Positions 35,580 through 47,983 of a stretch of DNA of 64,000 nucleotides are shown here, in pieces. Both the position numbers and the translations under genes were made by a program. The notes beneath the pieces were generated by a model. It was not told where the DNA came from, made no database searches, and saw only the letters and a list, made by a program, of their open reading frames with translations. Positions within the stretch are counted from its first letter, which is position 1, and each line of letters starts with the position of its first letter. Origin of the DNA: Asterias rubens (Eukaryota); contig NC_047071.1 of assembly GCF_902459465.1 (NCBI RefSeq), forward strand, positions 8,928,001-8,992,000, read 5' to 3'.

Positions 35580-38500
35580 ATGGCGGAAGCTGTTGTAGAT
35601 TCCAGAGCATCGTCGAGGTTTTTCTGTCACAAGTGTGCCACAGAAATAGCTCCAGAATTACCGGTAAAATTTGCGTGTAACACTCTTTATTGTTAGTTGT
35701 ATTTTGAGTGTGAGCAGAGATATATGAAGTGTGTTTGTTGATGTGATTATTTTGGTATAGCGTTGGCGAGTCTGGTGTGATGTGAATGAACCAGCAAGCA
35801 AGCAGTTTAGGAGAGTAGAGTTGTGTGTTGTGTGGCAGTGTTGAGTGTGTGAACATGGAGCTAAGTAAATAATGGCACAGCACAACATTAAGTTTACACT
35901 GTTGCATGACGTGTGGGATTTCCCACATTTAAATTGGGAATTGTATTATAATGTCTATGAATTATTCCCTTGCTAGCTAGCTGTTCACCATAATGTGTTC
36001 ACTGACATTTTCAGAATGTGATGTGATCACTATACCATGCTATACCCACCACCACTGATTTGTGAATTTGTAAATGTTTTGAAAATTGTACTTACAAATG
36101 GCAAAACAATCTTTAAAAAAAAAAAAGCATGAAAAAGAATGCCACCACCCACAAGCACAGGGTCACATATTTTACTGCCTCTTTTTCGTAAACTTTTAAG
36201 ACAATTTTTTGGCTTGAATTCTGTTTCCGGCCACCACTTTCATCTCCCTTAATTTAGGTAAATTTTACTCAAATTGTATCCTGACCTGTCCAGAAGGGTT
36301 GACAGAATGTATGCACATCAGTTACTTTGAGTTGACATTCCCTTTTGAATTTGTTTACAAACAAAGAGAGAGTCAAAATCAGGAAAAATTCTGTCATAGT
36401 TGCGAAAGAAAAATGAATTTCCCTGCATTGCAATTGGAAAGCAACGTGAACATGATTGTTTACGTCCCGTAATTTGCTTCGCAATGGACCGTTCCGGCTT
36501 TCCACTAAGCTCCACCCGCCGCGCACGTGAGCAAGACACGTGTACGAGCACTCCCGATGACATTCTGCACGATTCTGCCGCGCGTGCCAAATATACACGC
36601 ACGCATGACCGAGTTTGTCCGACCACAATCATTGCTTTGATTGGTCAAATGGGTGAACGCGCACAGTTTGATTGACAGGCCGGATCGGTTCATTGCTTTG
36701 CGCGTGAAGTATGGATGGTGACAGGCCTGACATTTGCTTTTTTGATTTGCTTTGAGGTTTTCAAGAATTGTCACAAGTGACAAGTTTACTAAACTATTCT
36801 GATTTTTATATTGTGTACTTTTCACTATACATGTAGGTAAATTAAAACAGATTGAATCTTGCTTCAAAAGAAAGATAAAAAGTGTTGTGAATATTATTGT
36901 ATTGTTTGTTTATTCACATCACGCACGAGTTTGAAATTGTCATTCGTATCTCGTTTAAAATAGCTCAGATGTACACCATGTTTGCTCTGAGCTATTTCAT
37001 GCGGGATACATTTTTTACAAAATCAAAAAAAGATGGTTGTGCACTGACACTATGATATAAACTACAGCATTTATGGTGTTTTCTTTTGTCTTGTTATAGG
37101 ACTTCACATGTCCGAACTGCCATGGGGGGTTCATAGAAGAGGTTGGCGAAAGCGAAGAACAAGAAAGGTAAGAATTTGAATCAGAAGGTTTGCCTTACAG
37201 AACTAGGCTTGGTCCATAGAAATAGAACCGTGAAAACACGGAGTGCATCATTGTGCATGGGATTTCTTTGTGAGACAACTTTTATGGACGCGCGTACTGT
37301 ACGCCATTTTTTATACGTGTGTATGGCAAGATATTTTGCCATACAGTGACGCCATGAACATTGACCAATGAACACACTAGAAACAGTCTATGTGCGCTGG
37401 CATCTTGCCATTTTGCCATCACGCGTGACACTTGATGCTCATTGCGCCATACGTGCATGTCACGCGATGATTGTTTTGCCATACAGGCATAGTGCTTGTT
37501 GTCGATACGTCGCGTCCACAGCCCACACAGAGGGCAGCCGAGCTCAGCGTTCTCCAGGTTCTATTTCTATGGCTTGGCCACAACTTTTCAGTGGCTAACC
37601 TGTTGGACCAGTTTGCCTGTCATTTCACATGTAGTCCATACTTGGTAATAAATAGTGAAGCTTTCCAACACTAAACAAGCCAACCGAACATTTGGAAGAT
37701 AATTTTGTTTGGTCCTTGGTAGTGTTGTGGCCACGGTTGGCGGTGTTGGGGTGAGCCAGCCCAGAGCAAAATACATTGTATAGAAAGGTTCGCGGTGACA
37801 CCATATTGATAATCTCTAAATGAGTTAGGGTGGTTCTGATCGACGCTTCGATCAGTATGCTCTGGTCGCTTCTGGAGACAGCCAGCCCGACCTTTAGGAG
37901 ATATTTTTGTTGCCTATCTATCGGGCAATCTTGGTAGTCTAGTTGGTAAGACACTGCTCTAGGATCGCAAGGGTCGTCGGTTCGAATCCCACGCGAGTAA
38001 TATTAATGCGTGATATTTGTTCACAGGACTAGGGAGAGAACTGAGTATACAGTGCTAACACATCGGTGCATGGGTAAAATCAAATTTAATAAGCTCATTA
38101 CGCTTTTATGGGATCAGGTTTACCACCAAACTAGAGAGTTCAACAGTTTAGTTGCTGAGTTACCATATGGTGTCGGATTTTGTTTAGAGTGAGGAAGAAA
38201 ACCATTCAAGTAAGTTCATGAAGAATCAGTTCTTATTGTAGTTCAATATGTGTTTTTCTTCTTTATGTGACAGGACGGAAACTAATGAAGTTAGTGGTGA
38301 AAGAAGTGATGTATTTGATTCAGCTTTAGCTTTCACTTCGGTAAGTCAAGGTTTTATTTGCTGTCTTTAATGTAAAGTTGTTGTTGGTTACAAGAATGGG
38401 ATGGAGGATTGTCTAGGCCAGTTTCACAGTGGGTAGGTTTCCACATTCAAACCAGGGACATATAACAAAAGGGACAATATGTCCACGGTTGCTATCACAA

Positions 38501-41500
38501 AGGAAATCATTGTGGTTCACGGTTGCTATCACAAAGAGTTGAACAAATGAGGGTCCACGATTGCAGGTGTTTACACACTTGTGTGTGTGCGTGTATGTAT
38601 CTCCCCTCTTATGATAAGTTAAACTGGGCTGAAGGAATTTGAGTCAAAAAGAGGGAGCTCCAAAATACAATTCAGCGTTTGGGGAAAGAATCTGACCGGA
38701 CAGAATCTCCTGCCACACCGTGACTGCTGACGACCTCAGAACACTAACTGCCATTATCTTACAAAACCAAATGGAAAATGTCTTTTAACAATGCTTTGTA
38801 AACATCGGATACCTCATTTGCATATTAATTGCTTGTAAGAGAAAATGGCGTCTGGGACTTTGCAATTTTTCTGGTAGACGCCAGATGTCAAGATAGTCTT
38901 AAAGAATAGTACGTAGGCGTTCTGGGTAATTTTAGCTGTGCTTCAATGTACCTGTTCTAGTACACAGGACTTGCACTTTTACATGTACGTTCAATCCTTA
39001 CAAAGTGCAAAGCAATTCTTGTGAAGTACATGTATCTTGCTCAAGGGCACTATCATCGTGACCAGCCAAGCCGGGGTTCAAACCCGAACTCTGTGACCTT
39101 GAATCCAGAGCACAAGACTGCAAGGCCACGACAATGGTGGTAGGGTGTCATGGCCAAGCAGTTTAGAGCTTCAAATTCAAGTTCTGGTGGTTAAGTCATC
39201 AGATTGTGGTTTCACATCCCGGTTATGACACGTGTGTTCTTGAGCAAGACCCTTCACTAGAATTGCTTCTCTTGTCAAGGTTGACAATGGGTTTGAAAAA
39301 CCTTTTGGAGCGCCATGGCAGCCCGGGGCTGTATACTCCCCAGGGAACTGAGAAAGATTACATGATTGTTATTGGCCAATGACAAGGGCATTACGTACAA
39401 GTATTAATGTACAGCGCATTGGTAAAATGCGCTTCATAAGATCTAGTTATTACGATTGTTATTTCATCTTATCTTTTCCTCTGTGCTTGTAACTCCTCGA
39501 GTTGGCTACATCCCAAAGCCTTAGATCTCAAGGGTCTTTCTCATGATCCTCAGTTTTCCAAAAGCGCCGCCTTCTGTAGCAAATCTCCCCGTCACATTTG
39601 TCCCTAGTTCATCTGGATGTTTCCCCAGTGCTTTCGGAATGGTGCCAAGCGCTCCAACCACCACAGGTACTACAATATTCATACTCGTTGTTTGACATTT
39701 GTCTCTGTTCCATCTAAACAGTTATGGAGTCATTTAGCAGACCCTGTCAATCATCAAAGGAACAGAACGCCGGGCGGCCCCAACGAGCCTGGAAGCAGCA
39801 ACAGTAGCAGTAGTAGTAATTTCAACAGCGGTAGTGCCAGTAATCCACGCAACGTCACACCCAGTCCCACAGCCAGCAATCCTCCTAGGTTACAACAGTT
39901 TGGCCCCAGAGGGCAGTCGTCCAGGGTAACCATTCAGAGGATGGGGCCTCGGGATCAAAGGGGGGACCCGGCTGCTGATATGATAGCGTGAGTATTTAGG
40001 GAGGAGCATGCTTTTAAATTGATTTTACCTAAGACAGTTTAGGCAGCCCTATTGGTTGAAAGGTTGTCACATGACCAGGTTTTAATAGATGCCTGATTGC
40101 GACAAAGCTGGAGTGGTTTAAGAGCGGTTGGTTAGAGTGGGTTCAGAGTTCATGCGATGAATGACCTTGCCTTTGGCTCAGTCTTTTATCACATGGCTGT
40201 TTAAGACCTGGTCATAAAGGACGTCACCTTTGGCTTGGTCCTTTTTTACATGGCCATTTTGGATCTCGTGGTGAAGGACCTCACATTTGGCTCAGTCCTT
40301 ATCATATTTAGGACGTTGTCATTAAAAAGTGCACCCATGATCCTGGCAGTGACAAGTATAAAATAGATTTGCAGTGTAATGTTTTAGTTTTTTGTTGAAC
40401 ACAATTCTTTTTCCTTCTCTGTAGGATTCTGCAACATTTGTTAGGACTGGGTAACCCCATGCAGCAAGCAGCACCTGGTGGTTTCGTCTTCCCAGTGTAA
40501 GTCACTATTTCAGTTTTTTTCTTTGACCTCAAGGCAAACTCTGCTAAGCATCTTTATGAAATTGAGTCCTGACATATATGCTTGATGCTTTGGTTGTCAT
40601 CAGAATAATTAACATCGAGGCAGGGCCCATTTTAACAAAGCCTGAAAGCACCAAATCTTGTTAAGCACAAATAAAAGGTGCTCAGCAGACACAGATTACC
40701 AACCAACATTTCAAAAGGTTTTGTAAACTGAAAGTTCAATCTGACTGTGGGTATGATAAAGTTACTTTAAATTCTATGAGTAATAAACAATATTGAATAC
40801 CTTTAAAACAAATTAGATCAATCTTATCTTAAAAGTCTCAGTGCTTGTTCATATCAAAGTAATTAAGTTGATGTTAAATTGTGCCATGAAGGGAAGTCAT
40901 GTACCACGACGTGTCGTGGCTGAGCGGTTAATAGCACCAGATTCAAGCTCTGATGTTTCTGATCAGCAGAGTGTGGGTTCGAGTCCGGGACACTGTATTG
41001 CTTTGTTCGTATGGTGTAAAGTCATTGGTCCCATGCGTTTTGTAACGCATGGCACGTAAAAGAACTGGGTGCACTTATCAAAAAGAGAAAGGGTTGGCCC
41101 CTGTGTTCCTGGTTTAATTGGCAGCATACTTCACCACAGCACCTTGTAAACCATAAATGGTTCTAAGGATTTGGTCTCATAGTTCAAACGTATTCCTACA
41201 TACCTTGCAGAAAATACTGTATGTTACAGCACCAGGAGCGTCACTGAGTGAGGGATATGTGCGCTACAACAAGAAGCCACTGTTATTATTATTCGGATTA
41301 GTATACAAATATTGACTGCTTTGAGTGCTGTGGTTAAAACTATGACTCCCGAGGTGATCCCCGGAGCGTTCTATTTTAGTTTAACGCTACGGGGATCACC
41401 GAGGGAGTCATAGTTTTAACCATTGCACGAGTAAAAAGCAGTCAATATTTGTTTTGTTACACCCCAAACATTTCTCTAAATACTTTACTATTATTATTAA

Positions 41501-44500
41501 GTTACAGACATGAATGCTACAATCCACGGACGACGCGAATACAGATTGCAAAAACTTTTACTAAAATAATAATAATAATAAGACTTGTAGTGCGCACATA
41601 TCCACCCTGCTGGGTGTTCAAGGCGCAGTAAAAACCAAAAACAAAACAAAAACAAAACAAAAACAAAACAAAAACAAAACACAACACAAAGAAAAACAGA
41701 CACAACAAAATTAGTCATTGAAAACCTGTGACATAAGATAAGTTTTGAGAAGAGACTTGAATTTTGCAGTACAAAGACAAGATCGAAGATTAAGTGGTAG
41801 AGAGTTCCAGATGCGTGGCGCGGCTGAAGAAAAAGACCTGTCACCCCATGAGTGTCGAGACTTGGGTTCAATGAGGAGAAGCATAGAACTTGATCGAAGA
41901 TTCCTTGATGGAGTGTAAACTTGAAGCAGTTCAGAAATATAGTGGGGAGCCTTGCCATTAAGAGCTTTGTGGACAATGAGCATCAGCTTGAAGATGATTC
42001 GTTGAGAGATAGGGAGCCAGTGTAGTTGTTTCAGAATGGGGGTGATAGAACAGGATTTTCTAGACAGTGTCACAATGCGGGCAGCAGTATTTTGGAGCCG
42101 TTGAAGTCTGGAAATCTGGTTGTTAGGAAGACTGTAGAGAAGAGCATTGTCGTTGTCAAGACGAGAAGTAACAAATGCGTGAATGACCTTTTCAGTGGCA
42201 CTTTTGTCCAAGTACTTGCGAATCTTACCTATATTCCTGATGTGATATGATAATAAACGAACAATGTTGTTGATGTGTGGCTGAAGTGTCATTGATGAAT
42301 CAAAAATAACCCCTAAGATCCGAGCTTTCAGCGAGGGAGCTATCCGAGCATCACCGATGGAGATGTATGGCACTGAAACCTTAGTTAACTGTTGACGTGA
42401 CCCAAATAGAAGGAACTCTGTCTTATCATCATTTAACTTCAGGAAGTTTTGTTGTGTCCAACGTCGAATCTCTTGGATGCATTTCTCAAGTCTTGCAATA
42501 GATGCATTGGCATTTTCTTGAGAAGATTTAAACGTGATGTATAGCTGAGTGTCATCTGCGTACACATGGTAATTCAGATTAAATTTCAGGATGATGTCAC
42601 GAATCGGTAAAGTGTATAGCGTAAACCACTGCGGGCCGAGTACCGACCCCTGTGGCACAGAGTAGTTCAAAACAACAGGGTCGGATATCGCGGTGCCAAT
42701 ACATACATGCTGAGTTCTATTGTAGAGATACGATTTGCACCATGCTAGGGCTGTGTCCTCTATGCCAAGGTGATTCTGGAGCCGAGAGAGAAGGATGTTG
42801 TGATCGACAGTGTCAAAAGCAGCACTCAAGTCTAGCAGGACTAGTGCTGTAAGGTTACCATTGTCCATTGCAGAGAGAATATCGTTGCTCACACGGACTA
42901 GTGCAGCCTCGGTCCCATGGAAAGGCTTGTATGCTGACTGGAACACGTCGGACAGGTTGAAAGTATGAATGTGATCAGAAATACGTGATGAAACTACTCG
43001 TTCGATGACTTTTTCAAGATATTTTAAGTTTGCAACCGGTCTGTAGTTTTTTAATATCTCCTTGTCCAGGTTTGGTTTCTTGATGAGCGGCCTGATGTAG
43101 GAAACTTTGAGGCTATCGGGGAAACAACCGGAACTGAGGGATTCGTTTACAAGCTTAGTGATGTAGGGTACAAAAATATCGATGTTTTGCTTTATCAAGG
43201 ATGTTGACACTGGATCCAGCTCACAGGATTTTGAAGGAGATTTCATAATAAGCCTTTGAATCTCAGCAACAGTCGCAGGCTCAAACACAGATAGTCTACA
43301 CTCTGGTTGAAGTTGTGGCAATGTCTGCGGCACGTTGTAAGGGACTGATGAAAATGATGAGAGGATGTCTGAAATCTTGGTGACAAAGAATTTCTGGAAC
43401 TCATTTGCTAAGTCCTGGTCATTGTAAGTGGATGGAAGGACAGGGGTTTTGGGTTTGAGCAACAACTTACCAATTACTGTGCTGCATGTAGTGTCGTGCA
43501 ATCCGAAATGGTAACAGACTATTAATTTATCATTTTCGTACACGCAACGGACGTCTAGCAAAACTAAGACATGTCATGTGACGCGCTCTAAACCAATGAG
43601 CAGGCAGAGTACTTGTAAGGGGTGCTATAATATATAATACCTTGAGCTAAAAGCCCTGTGGTCTTGTAAAGTTTCTCCCCGAATTTGAGCCCTGATTTCT
43701 TTCACATGTCTTGATTGCATTGAATTGATATCCAAATGTGACTGTTTATGTTTACATTGTGCAGTCAAATGCTTAATCTACATGGCAACCCACGAGACTA
43801 TGCATGGGGAGAAGGTGGTCTAGACGCCATCATCACCCAGGTAAGAAATAACATTACAGACCTTTATCATGATGTCTCCATCTTGGGTCTTGTTCCTCAA
43901 ATCGAATAACAATAATGAATGCTAATACTCATTTTGCAAATAGGAACCAGACTATTTTGTTCTTCCAGCCTCGGTTTGATTACATTGGTATCAATTGGAA
44001 AAAAAAAACTGAAGATGGCTGTAACACGATAAAGGTCTATTATTATTTTGCCTCCTACTTTTCAAAAGTCTAACTCAGGGTTGAGAAATGTCAGAGTTTT
44101 ATCTGAATTCAGATTTCGGAGTTCAAAATCGGAAGACAAAAATTTGTGTATTTGTCTCCAAATGAAATAAGTCATGCTCTTTGATGTACTTCTTTAGTGT
44201 TGAAGGTATTGTTCCCAGAGGCTCCTTGAAATCTATATCTTGAGGGGTTTAAACATTTTAAAGGGAAGGTACACGTTTGGTAATTACTCAAAACAAATAT
44301 TAAAGTAAAAACTGACTTCGTAACAAGCATTGGAGAGCAGTTGATAGTATAAAACATTGTGGAAAACGACACCCTCTGAAGTAACGTAGTTTTTGAGAAA
44401 GAGGTATTTTCTCCCTAAAATAATAAAAGACTTCTAGCTAGAAGTCTTTTATTCTTTCCTGAAAGCACACAAATTCGTCTAACAAGGGTTTTTTTCTGCC

Positions 44501-46556
44501 ATTGATCGTTACCAAGTAAGTTTTGTGCTGACAATTTAATTGAGTAATTACCAGTAGTGACGAGTGGCTTTAAGCATTATGTTGACAGAAACCAGTCTAT
44601 GACCCTACAATGTACCTTCAAGAAAGTCTCCTCTAGATTTTGTCGTTATTGGATCTTTTGTGTTTAACTGTATATATTTGTTTCTTTCTGTTTGCAGTTA
44701 CTAAATAATGTTGAAGGGCAGGGCCCATCACCTGCTGCACAAGAAGATATCGCTAAGCTTCAAACAATAACAATAAACAATGAACATTTAGGTAAGATTT
44801 CAACTTGTCTTGAGAAGAAAATAATCAATATTTGAATTCAGTTGAGTTACTGAGGAGGGGGATTGTGATATGTTTAGGTTTTGGCTTTGGCTTGACTTGA
44901 CTTTGAATTATGCTTGGGCTTTGACTTAGCTTAGATTAGGCTTTAGCTTTGTCAGTAATTTTGAAGTGGTGCGCTTCGGGTAGGCCCCATTGCGGTTTCA
45001 GATATTTTTTTTCATTGATAGATTGAATATTTTCCTCTTGTTGGATGGAACATTCCATATGTCAACTCGTGAAAATATTCCCACCATTTCACTTAAAAAC
45101 ATTCACTATTTATACAATATTTTGAAATCTTAGGCCGTATTCAAATTGGCGGCTAAAGTTACGGCTTTGACTGTTGATAAGGGTGTTGCTAAGAACAGTC
45201 TACAATTCAATGCATGATGAGCCAGAAATCTAGCCATAACTGTAGCCACTAATTTGGACATGGCCTTGAACAAGTTGTTTAACATTTTTAGTTCACACTT
45301 GTCAACTTCTCTTTTCACGTATACTTTGTATTTTTAAAGGCGTCATAATATTACTTCCCGAAACTTTCTCATTGCCAATGTTATTTCACTAATGTTTTAT
45401 TGGAGTTTTTGTATTTGTAAGCCAATAGTTTTGCAGTGCATGGGCTTCTTGTTTAGGGAAGAAAGCATGAACGAAATGAATATTTAATTTTCTTGTTCCC
45501 CCCATCAACAGAAAACACTTTAGAGTGCCCAGTTTGTAAAGACGAGTTTAGTGTTGGTCAGCAAGCCAAGAAGATGCCCTGCAAACACCTGTTTCATCCT
45601 GATTGTATAGTCCCCTGGTTAGAATTGGTAAGTTTAGAGTTTCATCTCCCGTTATCTCTTTCTCAATGGCAGTTGTTGTAATAGTTACAAGGTTGGAGAC
45701 TTAATGTTATAAGTTGAAACACGATGGGTTATTGAGCAACTTGAGAACTGGTTGTGTGACATACATGTGTACTGGGCTTACTAACATATGAATAAAACAT
45801 GAGTCTAGACTTTTACCAGTCCTACGTAAGTATTATCACAACAGTAGTCCCTTGCTTGGTGCTTCAGATGGGACGTAAAGCTGTGTAATGCACATAAAAG
45901 AACCCATTTCACTTATCGTTAAAGGCACTGGACACTATTGGTATTTACTCAAAATAATTAGTTAGCATAATTACTTGGTAACAAGTAATGGTGAAATGTT
46001 GATTGTATAAAACATTGTGAGAAACGGCTTCCTCTGAAGTAACATAGTTTTAGAGAAAGAAGTAGTTTTCCACGATTTTGATTTTGAGACCTCAGAATTA
46101 GATTTTGAGGTCTCAAAACTTTGTGTGACGGGTGTTTTTTCTTTCATTATTATCTTGCAATTGAGCTCAAATTTTCCAAGGTTTGATTTTATTTATGCAT
46201 GTGTTGAGATATACACCAAGTGAGAAGACTGGTCTTCGACAATTACCAATAGTGTCTAGTGTCTTTAAGAGAAGGGGTTGTGAAGGCTTTATTGTATTCT
46301 TATAATTCGATGTAATGCTTACGGAATTTTCATTGCATTTGTACATCTTTAGATGAATCCTTTAATGGACAGGGAACATATCATTTATTCAATGTGGCAT
46401 TTTTTTGGGTCATAAATTCAAATAGATGCTATTTGTTTGTATTTGCAGCATAATTCCTGCCCAGTATGTAGGAAAAGTCTGGATGGACACAGTACTGAGA
46501 AAGACATTAGTACGGATGGTAATGGTTCCAGTGATTCAACGCCTGCTGCCTCTTAG
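35580..46556 (+). CDS. RNF126: RNF126/RNF115-like RING-H2 E3 ubiquitin ligase with N-terminal zinc finger
   Basis: Exons 35580-35663, 37100-37167, 38274-38340, 39722-39987, 40425-40496, 43765-43840, 44698-44791, 45512-45627 and 46449-46556 total 951 nt (316 aa). Motifs: RFFCHKC...[47 protein letters not shown]...[26 protein letters not shown]. It is probably co-orthologous to vertebrate RNF126 and RNF115. Confidence 0.93.
36481..36696. mobile_element. CpG-rich MITE in RNF126 intron 1
   Basis: TIR GCAATGGACCGTTCCGGC/GCCGGATCGGTTCATTGC. Contains two CACGTG E-boxes and a CCAAT box. Confidence 0.6.
37933..38090 (+). mobile_element. tRNA-derived SINE (family C)
   Basis: A box TAGTCTAGTTGG and B box GGTTCGAATCC, without a complete cloverleaf. 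An antisense fragment lies at about 28215-28255. Confidence 0.7.
39143..39463 (+). mobile_element. tRNA-derived SINE (family B)
   Basis: GGGTGTCATGGCCAAGCAG head, GGCTGTATACTCCCCAGGG body and AGCGCATT...ATGCGCT tail. Confidence 0.8.
40908..41293 (+). mobile_element. tRNA-derived SINE (family A)
   Basis: A box TGGCTGAGCGG, B box GGTTCGAGTCC; tail GGATATGTGCGCT...(TAT)n. Confidence 0.85.
41305..41452. mobile_element. Palindromic MITE (hairpin of about 150 bp)
   Basis: ACAAATATTGACTGC...GGTTAAAACTATGACTCCC / GGGAGTCATAGTTTTAACC...GCAGTCAATATTTGT. Confidence 0.7.
41564..43480 (-). mobile_element. 5'-truncated L2-clade (CR1 group) LINE with intact reverse transcriptase frame, antisense in RNF126 intron 5
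   Basis: 616-aa ORF at 41711-43561 with [34 protein letters not shown] and a C-terminal [17 protein letters not shown]...FKSLLKTYL. The 3' UTR has a (GTTTT)n tract, a GCGC stem-loop and an (ATT)n tail. There is no endonuclease domain, and the first ~25 codons are flanking sequence. Confidence 0.95.
44262..44569 (+). mobile_element. Rearranged Kolobok-type MITE
   Basis: TTAA flanks. The left part is the AGGGAAGG subfamily; the right end is an inverted left-end-type sequence. Confidence 0.75.
45923..46264 (+). mobile_element. Kolobok-type MITE inserted into a family-A SINE fragment
   Basis: The SINE motif CACTTATCG...AAGAGAAGGGG is split by TTAA|AGGCACTGGAC...GTGTCT|TTAA. Confidence 0.9.
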
Positions 46557-46918
46557 TTTAGACTTCATAGACAAGCTTTATACAGGTAAGCACTTCAATA
46601 AGGTGTGGGGTGTTGTGGCTGAGTGATCTGGGGTGATCTAGTGGTAACGAATCAGAATAATTATTAGCATAAAACCTTACTTGTTAACGAGCAATGGGGA
46701 GTGTTAGTATTAAAACATTGTGAGAAACGGCTCCCGCTGAAGTGACGTAGTTTTCAAGAAGGAAGTAATTTGAATATGAAACACATGTTGGAGTCAAAGA
46801 TATAGAATAATTTAATTATATATCTATGGTTGGAGTTTGTGTTTATTGAACGCTACGCGATAATGTTTTGTTCAACTTACAAAATGGCCGCACAAACACA
46901 CGCTTTGGGGGGCGCCAG

Positions 46919-47072
46919 GGGCCTTTCTCAAACCACGGCTTGGGCTCCGGCTCGGGCTTAGGCTTGCTGCGTGCTGTGTACGCAGCTTGCATTTTACCTG
47001 CATTTTGGAGCAGCGCGTATTGCACGGATATCAGCACGAGCCAGAGCCCAAGCCGTGGTTTGAGAAAGGCCC
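46919..47072. mobile_element. Harbinger-like MITE
   Basis: About 33-bp TIR GGGCCTTTCTCAAACCACGGCTTGGGCTC; flanks CAG/TAG. Confidence 0.7.
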
Positions 47073-47160
47073 TAGTTTTGTCAACTTAGAAAATGGCCAC
47101 CTGCGCGCATGCCGGGGCGCGTATATAGGCCAGTGCACCCTCTAGATCTTATATATAACT

Positions 47161-47550
47161 CTATGGGATAAACGCACCGGACTCAAGTGTTTATGGATAG
47201 CAGAGTGTGGGCTTGAGTCCTGGTCGTCACACTTGTGTCCTTTAGCAAGACAAGTAACCATTGTTGCTGCCTCTTTCAAAGCTGTTGGTCCCATTTGTTG
47301 TGTAACGCATGCAAAAGAACCCAGTGCACTTATCGAAAAAGAGAAGTGGTTCGCCCCTTTGTTCCAGGTTTGATCGACAGCATATTGCACCACAGCACCT
47401 TGTAAACCAGTACATGTTGCTACAAAGAAATAATCTCATACTTCCAAAATGTTACTCCACATTACATTGAAGGAAAATACTGAATGTTGAAGCGCCTTGA
47501 GCATCACTGAGTGACGGACTTGAGCGCTATGAGAAGCCATAATTGTTATT
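47161..47550 (+). mobile_element. tRNA-derived SINE (family A)
   Basis: Body AAAGAACCCAGTGCACTTATCG; tail AGCGCCTTGAGCATC...GAGCGCT...TTATT. Confidence 0.8.
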
Positions 47551-47983
47551 AACTGTTAATTCTTATTCTTATTGATATTCCAGATGCAATGATGATGTCC
47601 TGTGCATGCTGGTCTAACTGACAATCTTGTCTTGTCCAGTTTGACGCAGATGACACTAGCAAGCCAGTGTGACAAGTTCATCAAGGCTCGCTGCGCACTA
47701 CACCAGACATCATGACCACATACTGCAAGTATACTCATCATCAAATTATAACCAACAGTTGACTTTTAAGGAAAACTTATTATTTTTATTTGAGAAAGTT
47801 TTATCAAAATGCTCACGCTATCTCTTTGATTTCTCAACGCATTTTTTTGTTATTCATGGGAAATAAAAAAAAGAGAAAGGTCGGTGAGTTATAATTTGTT
47901 AATACCTGACATAACCAAGGTTCATTACGCATTGGAACAAAGTACAGCTTTAGTACTGTGGCTAAAGGTATACCACAGGTTAG

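Noticed and set aside
37933-38000. tRNA gene (also 29635, 32977, 40908)
   Set aside because: A and B boxes are present, but there is no complete cloverleaf and each continues into a repeated SINE body.
41497-41976. 159-aa minus-strand ORF with a Phe/Val/Cys-rich pseudo-transmembrane end
   Set aside because: It is an alternative frame of the LINE 3' end and its (GTTTT)n tract.
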